Origin: Mobula hypostoma
Taxonomy: Eukaryota
Assembly: GCF_963921235.1 (NCBI RefSeq)
Contig: NC_086098.1
Location: 237,274,001-237,338,000, forward strand
Length of the DNA stretch: 64,000 nt
Reading direction: 5' to 3'
Part shown: one piece after another, positions 26,108-39,427 of the stretch
Numbering within the stretch: the first letter of the stretch is position 1
Layout: each line of letters begins with the position of its first letter
Program-made: the position numbers and the translations under genes
Notes under the pieces: generated by a model
Told to the model about the DNA's origin: nothing
Seen by the model: the letters and a program-made list of their open reading frames with translations, nothing else
Database searches by the model: none

Positions 26108-26835
26108 GTAAGGCGATGTTTTCACATACAATATTGATACTCATGTGTGGTGGAAAGGCGGAGCAGACTCGATGGGCCATACGGCCTAATGATTCTCCTA
26201 TGTCTTATGTCTGCGGGAATGTACTGGCGATTCACTTCACCACCTTTGTCTGCCCAACCCTAGAGTCCTTTGAGTATCAGGGGGCAAACCTGGGCTTTTA
26301 CTCTCTGATGTCCGTGATGTTCTCACAGTGCGGTTGGGTGCGGCCATCATGAAAGACAAGCGTTGCTTTTCAGGTTAGGAAGGTGAACCGTAAAACTGAT
26401 TGGAAAGGTCAAGATGACTGAGAGGAAAGCGGGAAACGATCTGAGGAGCTGTATACATGAGCCGTTCTTCGGTTGTCTTGCCATGAGCTTTTGGTTGTCC
26501 ATTATGGTTTAAGGATTAAGGGTCAAATTTATTCGCCATATATATTTTCATATGTTAGACATTTCCTGTGGTGTGCTGGTCAGGGCTCGACATTCAACAT
26601 ATATAATTAAAATAACTGATGTTATACTTAGGTGTTAGAACATCACTGGTATGGATGGTAACTAACTGTACAATTTGAATCAAGCACCAACTCGGACGAG
26701 ATCGGTTTAAATTTTTGCTCTTGTTATTTGGAATGAGTGTACATCTTAGAATTTTTCACATGACAAACAAATGTAAGCCCGAATAAAATGTTCATGGAAG
26801 CTGTGATTTCACCAACAACAATTCTTTCTGTCCAG

Positions 26836-26925
26836 GCTGGTGTCTTCCCACAGCGATTCTCCTTGGGGTCCTTGGATTGCTGGTTATCGTCATTTTTACT
26901 TGCATCTCTAAAGAGCGTAAATCAG
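26836..26925 (+). CDS. VJ-C1-TM-ITIM receptor, exon 4 (transmembrane)
   Basis: ttctttctgtccag|GC...; GWCLPTAILLGVLGLLVIVIFTCISKERKS G|gtaagg: uncharged hydrophobic helix followed by a basic stop-transfer stretch; phase 1 to phase 1. Confidence 0.85.
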
Positions 26926-27149
26926 GTAAGGATTTGCTTTTGCTAGGCATATCCATACAACTGCTAACAGTTAACTCCGTCCCTTTTTCGAGGCACTGTA
27001 TAATTGCAGCCAGTGGGTTTAGAACAGAGAACTCAGAAAATAGTTGAGGCAGGGAGTGGAGCAAATGGTACTCAAGTACCGGAGGGTACGGATCTGATGG
27101 ATGGGATGTCTGAAATCCTGGAAACGTGTTTCTCGGTGTACTGTCCTTG

Positions 27150-29470
27150 TATTATTATTACTGTCTCAGTTTTTCCTCGCTCGAGCTGGTAAAACCTAAT
27201 ATACGACATAGCCAAGCGCACTCATTTCCCAATTGCTGGGAACGTTCGTACTATTCTAGAGGTTTTTAGTATTGTCGTTTTCTGAGGAGTTATATAAACA
27301 TTGCTATGTAGCCCTGATTTTTAATTCTATTTGGTCGTGACTGTGGGGTTACCGAGTTGCAGGTAGTACTATTGGGAGAATGTATACCCTGTTCCTGTTG
27401 CATAGACTTTTATTTTCCTCTTTTAATTTTGCATATGTCTCATGTTTTTCACATTGATATTTTCTGTGTTTGGAAAGGCTCTATCTATGAAGTACGTTTT
27501 TCTCGCTTGTTTATCCTGCAATATTATATTCTGACGTTTATAATGGATTTTCCTATTAAAAAAGCTTCGGTCACAGCATGGTAATACACACAAAATGCTG
27601 GAGGAGCTAGGCAAGCCAGACAGCATCTATGGAAAAGAGTAAGCAGTCGATGTTTCGGGCCGAGACTCTTCATCAGCATTTTGTGTGTATTACTTTGTTA
27701 TCCAGCACTGCAGAGTTTTTCTTGTTCGGTCATAATAAAATTTGAAGCTCGCTGACTCTAAAACTGAACCAGGCTTGCATTTATGGTAAGGTACAGTGTC
27801 TTTTATGAATTTACAGTCTAGAGCAAGATTTTAGTGAGTGATGTTCATCAGTTGATTGTGTCTGTGTGGGTAATCAGACTGAGTTAAACTGCTGCAGGAT
27901 CCTGTAACGTGTTGGAATATTCGTGGTTTCTCTTGGCATGTTCTGGTTTATCACTTTGAATTTTTGATATTTTTGTGATTTTTGTGTTACCCACCTGGTC
28001 CTACATTGCTACAAGAAACCCCTGTTTCTGTGAAGTGGTCTTCAACTCTGAGACAAGTGTTCGACGCTTCATGTCGACATCTGGTCTGCTCCTCACATAG
28101 GAAGTCTTCCATGGTGGGTCATGCTCTTCAGATACTTAACCTTTTCTTCTGTGATGACAATTTCTCTATTTTTTCTCTGTGTTTTTATTGACGTTTAGTG
28201 GTTTGTACTGTTATTTATACTAGCGTGGAGTATTGAATCCACTTTTCGTCGATGAAAATATATCCTTAAAAGTTTCATCTAACTGTTGTGTAAATTTTTA
28301 TATCTGTTATTCCTCTTCCTCCTTCTGTCCAAGGTAGTCTGTTCAAGTATGCACAGTGTTTTCTAAGACTTTTCCGTTCTAATTTTTTATACCTTTTCCA
28401 GATCGGTTTCGGACTAATATATCATACCAAATGAATACGTTAATATGGGTACAGCGGATGCGTTCAAGGCCGTGTCATATTTTTACTTTTGGTGGAGGAG
28501 GGGGGGACATGCGTCTCGAATAAAGGAGGTTTAAGGCGGTCTTTCACTACTCTAGCTTCCAAGTTACCCTTGAGTAAGGTGTAGCACCTGGTCAGCCGCC
28601 TCCCTGCACCCCCCACCCCCTAAACCCCGATCAGGGTTACATGAAGCCATGGAAGGAGGTAGAGAACGGTCGTATGGGCAACTGGTGCATCTGCGTATCG
28701 CCAGTCCTGGTTATGCAAACACTGACGCCAGGCAGACATTCTCAGAAGAGTATTTATAATGTTTGGGTAGAACACGGAATATAATGACGATAACTATGTC
28801 ATAATTACCATTGAGCACTTGTTACTATGATTGTTTTTTTTCTCAGCTCAAGCTGGTAATATCTGAGGTACGGTCATAAAGCACACCCATATCTCAATTT
28901 CTTCGAACTTTCGGACTATCTAAATGATTTTTAGAATTGTGGCATTTACGTAAATGTAGCTTTGCATGCCTAATCTTTAATGCTATTGTATAGTGACGTT
29001 GGGTTGATATTAGTTGTAGATATTACTATCGAAGCAATGTATTTATTCCCTGTTCATGTTCTATAAACTTTCAATTTCCTCTTTTAATTCAGCATGTATC
29101 TGGTGGTTTTGATATATTGAATTCTTTATGTTATGTGTGTTTCGAATGGCTATTGAGTAAGTTGGATTGCCCTATCGGTAATAACGGATCGGTCACAATA
29201 AAATTTGCAGGTCATTGGCTCTAAAATGGAAAAGGCTTGTATTTATAGTAAACTGTAGTCTCTTTCATAGGTTTGGACTTGAGAGCAAGATTTTAATGAA
29301 TGCTATTTGCCACTTAATTTGCGTGTGTACGTAACAGAATTGAGTTAAACTGCTGCCGGATCCTTCAATATGTTGAATTGGATTGTTTCTTGTTTCTCTT
29401 AGCATTTTATGAATGTATCGTGTTGCATTTGCTGGCATTTCATTTTATTTTTGATATTTTTCTGAACAAC
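27150..29470. repeat. Old tandem duplication inside the receptor intron (~27150-27990 vs ~28830-29470)
   Basis: Paired anchors: ctc.agctggtaa, ccctgttc.tgtt..ata.acttt.a.tttcctcttttaatt, cggtca.aataaaattt, agagcaagatttta.tga.tg, gagttaaactgctgc.ggatcct. Confidence 0.7.
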
Positions 29471-30748
29471 AACCAAGGTATGCCCGACGTTTACTTATAA
29501 ATCATACCACTAACCCAGACAGCATCCTTGTACATTACTTCTGCGCGTCCTGCACAGTTTTTTTCTGTAATGGGACATCCAGATATGCATTCAATACTCC
29601 ACATGCGGTCTGACTGGAGTTTTATATCGATGCAGCATTATTTCTATACTCTTATACTGAACACTCCAAACAATAAAGGCAAACAAACCATTTGCCCATG
29701 TTACCCGCAGTCATCCCTATCTTAAAACAATCAGTTTTGCGTTCCCAAACTCAGTACCAGTTGGACTTGCCACATACTGTTTCGATATCTCCTCGTGGAA
29801 GCAGTGCAGAAATCAAGTAGCATGCCTTTTTAGAGAATCCGGAGGAAGTTCATGAGCATGATTACGAGAATGAAGGGATTAACATAAGAGGAGCGTTTGG
29901 CAGCCTGGGGCCTGTTCTCACCGGAATTTAGAAAAATGCGATGGGGTGGGGGGTATCACTGAAACCTATGACTGTTGAAGGAACTTCATAAGGTGGATGT
30001 AGAGAGAATGTTTCCTATTGTGGGGGTGTCCAGAACTCGAGGGTACAGCCTCAAATATGAGGGGCGGCCTTTTAGAACAAAGGTAAGGAGGATTTTTTTT
30101 AACTGAAATGTATTGAACCTGCAAAATGCTCTTCCGTAGACAGCTGTGGAGGTCAAGACCGTGGCTATTTTTAAAGCCAAAATTGATAGTTTCCCGATTA
30201 GTCATGGTATGAAAGGTGATGGCGAGCAGGAAGCTGTAAGGAGTTGAGTGGAATCCGGGATCAGCCATAATGGACTGGCGGGGCAGACATGATGGGCTTC
30301 ATGGCGTAATTATGATCCTATGTCTTATGCTCCTATCACGTTTCAATATCTCCTCCTGAATGCATTGAAGAAATCATACCCCATCTCAGTCCCCTGTAGA
30401 CGTTACGAACTTGGGAATCCTTAAATCATTATTATATATTAAATCATTATTATATATTTAATATTATATATTAAATCATTGGTGTATACGATTCCATAAC
30501 GAAATGGTGTCCGTATTTGGGAACTATTCTCATCTTGGCGATAATTGTCCTATTGGGGAATGAATAAGAAAGTTATGACGCAGCTGAGAGCCATTGGTGA
30601 ATGTGAAATTATTAGTATTATCGCAGACCGATTGCTGGTACATTGGAGACTGTTGTAATGTTTGGGATTTCTGACATACTGGACATTTCTGAAAGTTATT
30701 ATATATTGGCCAGATAATAGTTCTAACTCATACTCTTCCAATACACAG

Positions 30749-30798
30749 GGACACATCGGCAATCGGCGACGCGCCAGGGAATCGGCAGCGCGGCTCAG
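30749..30798 (+). CDS. VJ-C1-TM-ITIM receptor, exon 5 (cytoplasmic)
   Basis: ctcatactcttccaatacacag|GG ACA CAT...GCT CAG|gtacgg = GTHRQSATRQGIGSAAQ; phase 1 to phase 0, which exactly bridges the TM exon to the ITIM frame. Confidence 0.6.
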
Positions 30799-31043
30799 GT
30801 ACGGACGTTCTTTGAACACCGTTCTAAGATTGACAATTTTGATGTTTAGGATTGGGTACTAAAAATGATGAGTAAGAAAGGAGTCAGCAGGGAATTATGA
30901 TACTGAAGTCATATTTGATTAATCTGCTGGAGTCACTTAAGGAGGTGTCTTATAGAGGAGGGTCGGCACAGTAGTAACTCTGTTGAACAATGGTAAATCA
31001 TGCTCTGCGATAACTTTAATTGCCAATATTTGGTACGTTCCAG

Positions 31044-31106
31044 TCACAAGCGCCGATCCTTTACGCTTCGCTCGACTTCGCTGCATCATCCTCTGCTCGC
31101 AGATGA
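31044..31106 (+). CDS. VJ-C1-TM-ITIM receptor, exon 6 (ITIM)
   Basis: gttccag|TCA CAA GCG CCG ATC CTT TAC GCT TCG CTC = SQAPILYASLDFAASSSARR*; ILYASL fits the ITIM consensus (I/V/L/S)xYxx(L/V). Confidence 0.7.
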   Translation, partial: SQAPILYASLDFAASSSARR

Positions 31107-31240
31107 GAAAGTGTTTGGTTTCTACTTCGGTGGATTACGGAGAACTGGACCGAAAATCGGGCTACACTAAAACCCTCTGAACAACTCAAGACCTGATGCT
31201 CCGGGATTGAGAGGATTTGTATAGGCTCGTTTATTATGTA

Positions 31241-31246
31241 AATAAA
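31241..31246 (+). terminator. Polyadenylation signal of the receptor gene
   Basis: AATAAA 135 nt after the predicted stop. Confidence 0.5.
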
Positions 31247-34200
31247 GTGCTGGACGAGCATTGATATCGCGATTCAGGCATTTTCTAATCCTTTAGTGAA
31301 GAACAGGGGCTTCTTTTTATAGATTACAATCAGTCCCATTTCAAAGCTTCTCTCTTTATTATCATCTTGATTTTATCTTTGTATGAATTATATATATTTG
31401 GAATGTGATTAAAAAGTACTCTATTGCATTAATTAATGATCATTGTAGGAGTTATTCCACTTGTGGTTTTAAATTACGCTGCAGATTAATCAGTTATTGT
31501 ACGTTGCGTTTTATAGGATTGCCTTTATTTATTGCGCTTCTTTGCGGTTGTATTGTGTTCATTATGCTTATTATGCTTTCTTGCTGCTTCGCATCTGGAG
31601 CAATAAACGTTTTGTTCTATATATAAATTCATGTGCTGACGAATGACAATAAACAACCTTGTCTCTTGAATCTTGAGCTGTAGAAACCGCCACTTGGCAG
31701 CCTCCCGAAGTATTTGGAGAAGTTGTGCGCCCACATCTGATGAAGACGTCTTTGTCCGTTTAGGGAATACAGCGTGGTTTTAGACCATGAACCATAAGAC
31801 CACATGGCATAGGAACAGATTAAGCCATCCGGACCGCCGACTTTGCTCTGTTAATCCATCACTGCCGATTAATTATCCCTCTCAACACCATTCTTCTGCC
31901 TTCATTTGACACCATCACTAATCAAGAAACTACCAAACTCTGTTTTGAAATATACACAAAATTTGGCCTTCACGATTGTCCGTCGTAATGAATTCCATAG
32001 ATTCACCACGCCCTGGATAAAGAAATATCTCCTCATCTCGGTTCTAAAGGGACGCCCTTCCATTCAGAGGCTGTACCTTTGGTCTTAGATTTCCCCACCA
32101 TAGGGAACATTCTTTCCTCCACATCCACTCTCCCTGGACCTTTAATTGTTCAACATGTTTCACTGAGATACCCTTCATTCTACAAAACTGCAGCCATCAA
32201 ACGATCCTCATATGGTAACCTTTCCAGAACCAAAATCATTCTCCTCAACATCCTCTGAATTCTCTCCAATGCCAGCACATTCTTTCCGAGATAAGGGGCC
32301 CAAAACTGCTAACAATGTACCAAGTGCAATCTGACCAAATAATACCTGAGACATTTTCCATGAAGCATCGTCAAACTGGGTTTGAGGTTTCTCTTCGGCT
32401 CTCGTGTCCCCTTGAACATTTGGAAATTAACTCTATAGTTAGAAGAGTAATGAATTATTTAATTGGTTTTCAATATATTAGTAGTCATTTGAAACAATTT
32501 CCCGGTAGTTAGGTTCCCTCTAATCGGCGGAGGCAGAGACAGAGTTTCGGGAGTGACGTAATGGAATTCTTTGTTTCTGAGGCTAGACAGAAATGTGAAA
32601 ACGGCAAACAATGCCGGAATAATTGGTTCTTTAAAACCTGATGCTGAACTTTTTTTTTATGAACTGTGAAAATTAAGGGAACCGCAGGATAGTTGGAGCA
32701 GTCCGATGAAACATCCTGTCGGCCAAGGTGTCACTGAGGTCCACCTGGAGAAAACCTCTCAACATCTACGGATTTCCCCAGACCTCCATCTTCTGGCTCA
32801 GACTTGATACCCTCGTCTTATCAGCAGCACCACACCGAGCCTCGGCTGAAGGGAAATCAGCAAAGCGAAGCCTTTTGGGAATCAGTAATGAAGTGATGAT
32901 TGACTAAATATTAATCTGCTGGCATTTACTGTATTTTTGGAAATATTATTTTAGGTACAGTGTGTGAGTTACATATATTGTGTTGAGACGTAGCTTGTCT
33001 TGGAGGAAGGCATTCTCGTTTAGCCGCAAACACGTGTAAGATTAAATGACTCTAAATAGAACTTGAATTTGAACTAAATCATCCCACACTTCCAATAAGT
33101 GTGAAAAATGTTTGTGGGTCTAAAGCAGGGCGTCTACTGACTGTAATCAAACGAAGTTTCTTGTGTTTCTTCCATGATGTGTTTTCACTGTGTAAGTAAC
33201 TCATTCTGTGCCTTCTTAAGCAGCATCCGTTAAAAGTAGAGGTTTCGAGCACACTCTGTACCTTCACCCATTCTCCTCTAGCCTTTCCTCTCCCACATCG
33301 CCGCTCTTTCGTGTGGGCCCCCCTCCACCTCCGCACCTCAGAGCTTTCTTTGTCAATTCAAGCAACTTTGTAAAGGTCTGAATTAGCACAGCCTTAAAAC
33401 TCAGAGACATAGTCAGGTTTAACATCATTGCCAGATGTTGTTTTGCAGCAGCAGAAAATTGCAGTATATGGTAATAAAAACTAAAAACTACAATAAGAAG
33501 TAGATAGAAAATTGAATAAAATAAGTCGTGCAAAAAGAGAGGGAAAATACTGAGGTAGTCTGATGGGTTCGCTGCCCATCCAGATATCTGACGGCAGAGG
33601 GAACAACCTCTTCCTGAAACGTTTGATGTCTCTTCAGACTCCTGTAGCTTCTCCTTGATGATAACAATGAGACGAGGGCATGACAGCTTTTAGTTGTTCT
33701 TACCGAATGAAATGACACGGCTTTATACGATCCTTTACAAAAGTGCAGTTGAAAAACCCATCTGTCCAGATCGTCATTTCGAGAACTTTACGCTAGGAGA
33801 ATAGACTTCGGATACACAGTGTAAACTCTATACTGGGAAAGCGGGTTTATGGGATAATATACACCAGTGGGCATTGAACGTCTCATTTTCAGATCTGACC
33901 CGTTAATCATTTGTCAGATTTTTAACCACACATCTATGACCTGTGAATTGTTGCTGTGCCTTTGCTCAGTTATAGCTGGACAAACCATGTAACTTTCCGG
34001 CCTGCCCACACTGATACCTCTCAGCCTGCACATGTAGGCACCTCGCATTTTCCACGCAGCTAATTGGATTATCCTGCCACTGCTTCCAGACTCCTCACCT
34101 GCAGACCATTTATTCCCACTTCTCATCCATAGTACTTAATCACTCACCGGACGAGTCGACTTCATCCAGTCGCTCCAAGCTTTTACTCTCCCCGGCTAAA

Positions 34201-36984
34201 GTATAGCACGTTGCCTGTTGTGTTTCTGTTTCCTCTCGTTTTGTGGACCGTTGTGACTTGCTATTATGCGGCCTATTATTAAAGTTATGATTCATCGCTG
34301 AATCTGCTTTTGGGTCAACATTCTTTTGCATCTCCTAACAGCAACGCTCTAGTTGTTCAATGTGTTTTATTGTACATTGTAACTGAGCTCTTCTTAAAAG
34401 TCTTGAATTTACAAGCCAAATTTTTCTACATAGATATAAAGTAAAATTAAATAGATCAGTTTAAGAAAACCAAAAATGATAAATCAGGATTTTAAAAAAG
34501 CATTCATAATAAACCATGTCTGGAAAATATGACTGAATATTCCTCTTGAAATATGTTTTCCAAAGTTGTCGAAGAAGTTGCTTCAGAGATGCCGCGAGTT
34601 GATGCTCCAGGGAGATAGTATATAAGGCAGGTCAGATAGTTTCTCAATTCGGTATGTTTGGAATTGCTTACATTTGTTTAGCTCACGTAAGTTCGGAGAC
34701 ACGAAGAAAGACATGCATCTTATCTGTAGCGGATTGATACCTTCATGGCCATAACTCTCGGGAGGCCGCTGAAAATCAGCATTGTGCGGCTGGAACTGTC
34801 ACCGACTGCCTTTCCCGAAAGAAGACCTGCGACTGCACGTCATATCCGGATGGCGAAATCCTCTCTTCCTACTGCCCTCTCGCTATCGAATCAGATTACT
34901 AAGAATCAGATTAGAGTAGGAAGACTGCGAGAGAAAACAGAGAGCATCGCCAGAATGTCACGGGGCAGGGATGGGCCCATCACCCCTTCAACCATCTGCT
35001 GTAGGACTAAATTCTGATTTGTTTCAGAGGTGAACCAAGTAAAGAAGTAAAGGTAGCAACTTAAGATCACAATACATCGGAGCAGAATTGGACCATTTGT
35101 CTCATTAAGTCTTCCCCACCATCCCACCATGGTTAATTTATTATCCTTCTCAATCCTATTCCTCTGCCTTCTCCCCGTAACCTTTGACGCCTTTACTAAT
35201 GAGGAGGCTATCAACGTCCACTCTCTGGCTAGATAAATTCCTTCTCGTCTTTGTACAAAAGGGATCTCCCTATATTCATACGGGATGATGGCCATGGTGT
35301 TTTCAAGAGGAGTGAATGAAGTTATGGATACCGTGAAGTAGACATACTTCGGGCGTGGATCGAAATCATAAATAACAAATATGGTACCACGAAGTTTGGT
35401 GTTGGAACATCAAATTGTTACAGTTAATATAAATGACCTGGACAAATGCTTCACAACTTCCTCAGGTCAGTTAGAAAAATAAGTTCTGAAAGGGCTATAA
35501 AGGGGCAAAGATTCTTAAAAGTAGAATAAACAAGTGTATAACTAACTGAAAAATGCAGTATAGTACGTGTAAATGCTACAGTCAGGCAGGAGATACAACA
35601 GCCGAACGATACACAGTCAACATTTTACGACCAATTTAATCCCCACCACCGTCAGATTTCTGACAGACAATGAACAGACTCATAAACACAACCTCACTAT
35701 TTTTGCTCTGTTTTTGCATGACTTAATTAATTGAAATTTAGATTATATTTTAAATAATTTATCGTGTTTTTACGTGTTGCGTTTTATGCTGCAGCAGAAC
35801 ATCCAAATTGCCTGCTTTGATATTAAACCCGATTCTGATTCTGATTCGTTAGTAGTGCAATCTAGGTAGTGCAAAAGATCCTGAAGTTGCAATACTGTAA
35901 TGGAATATCGCAGTACGTGATACTGCGATTTCACCTTCCAAATCAACCCAACATAACCTCACGTCGGAGTCCGGGTCTAATGTTATTCGACACTACCACT
36001 GTCAAATCAAGTGGTTTCACTTCACCTGGTCTGGAATTTTTATTAAGCACTTAAAGCTCTTGAATTATATTGGTCCTTAAGTTCTCTGCAAAAGAATTCA
36101 AACACTATATTCATTAGTTATGTCGTGAAAAATCATTCAGTAATTGTTGAATGGTGGGCTGATTTGGAAAGTGAAAGCATATTGGGTCCAGAATGAATTG
36201 GCCAACTGGATACGAAATTGACCTGGTGGAAGAAGTTAGGAAGGGCTGTTATTGAGACTGGAGAACAATGGCCAGTGGTACGCAGCGGGGATCAGTTCTG
36301 GGCCTACTGCTGTTTGTCACTTTAATAGTTTGAATGACAAGGTAGGTGGCATGGCTAGTAAATATACTTAATGGCACTGAAATTGGCAGTGTGGCAGAGA
36401 ATGAAGAGGGTTCTCCGGGGCTGCAACAAAAAACGGGCAAAGGAATGGCAGGTGAAACGTAAATGAAAGGTGATGTATTTTGGAAAGAATCAAGGCTCAA
36501 TTGCAATTATAAACACCTTCATGCGAAGATGGTCGAGGGGCTGTAGAGCAGTGCAGTGACGGGGGTAATAGGTAGAGGGGACGGGCTAATCAGAATTGTT
36601 GAGTAGATTAAATACCATGAGGGGGAACTTTTAAGATGATGTGTGGTTTTTGTTTTAATAGCCATATGGAATTTTTCTAGGAGCTTTTTAAAAGGGCTGA
36701 TCGCTGGATGGCTGGTGTCCACGGTGTTTATTTTTTGCCTGCTTGTTTATTACGGAAAAATTAAACCAGAGTAAACGACACGGCCCTGAAAGTCGTTGTA
36801 GAACTGAGACTACAAGCCATAATTATATTAAGTACATATATGTCATTGTATAATACCCCGAGATTCATTTTCATCATAGTAAATAAAAGAAACTTAATAG
36901 AATCACTCTAAGTCTGCACAGAAACAAAGGCGGACAAACAACCAATGTACGAAAGACATCAAATGTTACCACCCAGGGAGATCG

Positions 36985-37063
36985 ATAGATAGACAGATAG
37001 ATAGATAGATAGATAAATAAATACATACATACATACATACATACATACATACATACATACATA
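36985..37063. repeat. Compound (ATAG)n(ATAC)n microsatellite
   Basis: Directly visible. Confidence 0.9.
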
Positions 37064-37419
37064 CAAACATAGAATTCACAAATGGAGAAGCCCTTGAAAG
37101 TGATCCCAGAGTTTGAGGAATCAGTTCACTTTGGGATTCAGGAACCTAATAATTGAAGGATAATAACTGCTCATGAACCTGCCGGTGTAGGATCTGAGGC
37201 TCATGTATCTCTTTCTAGTGGCAGCAGCAAGAAGAAATCCTAGCCTGATTGGTGCGGTTGTTGATGGTGGAATCTGTTTCCCTGCGAGAGCACTCCTTGC
37301 CGATGTATTCTGGGGACTGCTTTGCCTGTGTCACAACCACGGATTCGGCAACGCCGCAGATACAGCAATTGCCCTCGTGAAAATGCAGGTGTAAGCTGAT
37401 TATTAATTCTTTGTGATGG

Positions 37420-38170
37420 TACTTAACACCATTCACCATTGTTCCGCTACTGCAACAGCCAGACCCTTCACAGCCATTCATAGTCGAAGTCGATGCATTG
37501 GATGTCGGCATTGGAGCTGTCCTCTCTCAAAACCCTTCTGCGGATATCCGGCTGCACCTTAGTGCCTTGTGCCTTTCTTTACTGTCATTTGACTCCGGCC
37601 GAGAGGAACTACGATGCCGGTAACCGAGAAATTCTGGCTGTCAAGAGGGGCCAGGAGGAATGGCGACACTGTCTGGAGGGGACAGAGCATCAGTTCTTGA
37701 GCTAGACATTTCAGAAGAACCTCTTCTACATTCAGGATGTAAAGAGAATCAACTGTCGTCAAGGCCGGTGGAGTCTCTTATTTACGCGGTTTAGTTTCAT
37801 CCTCACCTTTCGTCCCGGCAGTTCGATTTATCTGAGGACATTGCCGATCTGAGCCCATTATTCGTCGCTCGTACATTGCCCTTCCGGTGACTGGGAAAGA
37901 GGCAGAGATGAGGGCAGTCCAACAGTCGGACCGAGGCCCCGGTGGGGGACCTCCCTACCGCCTGTTTGTCCCTGCTGCAGTGCATTACCAAGTTTTGGAA
38001 TGGGGTCACTCCTCCCGTCTGGCTGGACATCCAGGAATTCAACGGACCCAGCAATTTACAAAGAAACAATTCATTGGCCATCTCTGTCCCAGGATGTCCG
38101 CGACTCTCTATATGCCTGTCCCACCTGTGCTTGGAACAAGGCATCAGGCCAGTATCCTGCGGGTCTGATC
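37420..38170 (+). mobile_element. Ty3/Gypsy pol remnant (RNase H and integrase zinc-binding region)
   Basis: Translates across frames to [38 protein letters not shown]...EEWRHCLEG and LFVPAA...VLEWGHSSRLAGHPGIQRT. Confidence 0.85.
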
Positions 38171-38225
38171 AAGGTGCACTTTGCTGTGCTTGAATAATTT
38201 CTCATGAACCGGTATTTCCTGAATG

Positions 38226-38300
38226 TAGTGGATCCCAACCTTGGGTCTACGAACTCCTCAGTTACAGGTTGGGGTCCACGGCATAACTAAGGTTGGTAAC
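38226..38300. mobile_element. Tiny hAT-type MITE remnant
   Basis: Imperfect inverted ends gtagtggatcccaacctt ... aaggttggtaactac. Confidence 0.45.
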
Positions 38301-39427
38301 TACGGTCTGAACTCAATCACTTCCAAGATCTGGCGCCAGAATTGCGCCCCAGTTTCGAAGCAACGAAGACTAACTTGGAAGGAGAAAGATCAGGACGTAG
38401 GCCCTTGTAAAACAATTTGCAGCGGTCACAGCGAATTGCGCGTTCGTGATTGCCGAGATATCCGTAGGCTCGGAAGAGAACCGAAATAACGGTCAGTAGC
38501 TGAAATTAAGTCACGCGTTTAAAGCAGCCCGTGTGACACGTCCTGCGCAGTGCCAATTCACGCTACAGGTTTCCCGTTTACAGTTTAAACGTCAGTAAGT
38601 GCGTCCAACTGCAAAGGTTGTTCTGCGATACATGACGATGAACACTCGTGTGGACAGCGTTGTGCGAATCAGACAAGAAATAGGAGTTTTCATGCCACTT
38701 TTATTTGCTCTCGCGGCCGTGTGGCTCTTGTACGTTAGTTTTCAACCTGCTCTGCATTTTTCTGTAACTGCAACATTCATACTCTACATCCCTATTCCCT
38801 TCTAATAAGAAATTGGTTGGCTTGGTAGCTCAGTGCAGTTTTTCTATATTAATCCCACACCATTAATCCCATTCGGTCACAAATATGAGCAGATACTACG
38901 ACTCCAGAACCATACGCGTAGAAAATTCTGGAGTTTTATTACCGTCCCGTTGAGAAAATTTTCTCTCAGCTCAGTCCTAAATGGTAGGCCCTATTTTTAA
39001 AGCGTGGCCGTGGTTCCAGGTACGTCCATTAAGAAAATCATTAACTCAGCCTGAAACCCGTCAGGCCTAAAACAATCATTTTGTAAGTCTTGTGAGCTAA
39101 CAAACAATTCTTCTAAAGACTGTAGACATTGCCTTAGTCCTAACTCTAACCTTGTAATCAAATCCTTGCAACAAAAGCAGGCAGACTCTTATACCTGAAC
39201 TTTAACTTTCAACGATTTGGGTACAATGAACTCCTAGGACCCCTGGCGCATCAACATCTTTCAGTCTTCGTTCATTTAAAATTTTATTACCACTTATTGA
39301 TCGCTGTGCATGTCCTTAATTTTTTTTCCGTGTTGCAGTACATTTTATTTTCTTTGTACCTTGAACATTGGTTATAAATTTGTCATCTTAAGTTGAAAAT
39401 GTTCTATTTCCGTTAATCAATGTCAAT

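Noticed and set aside
26108-26352. Read-through of the C1 exon as a secreted isoform tail
   Set aside because: It passes a strong gtaagg donor into intron sequence containing a CR1 tail remnant; there is no independent support.
33156-33192. GTTTCTTGT...CACTGTG as a J-type RSS
   Set aside because: Spacer is 21 nt and no FGxG-coding segment or donor follows.
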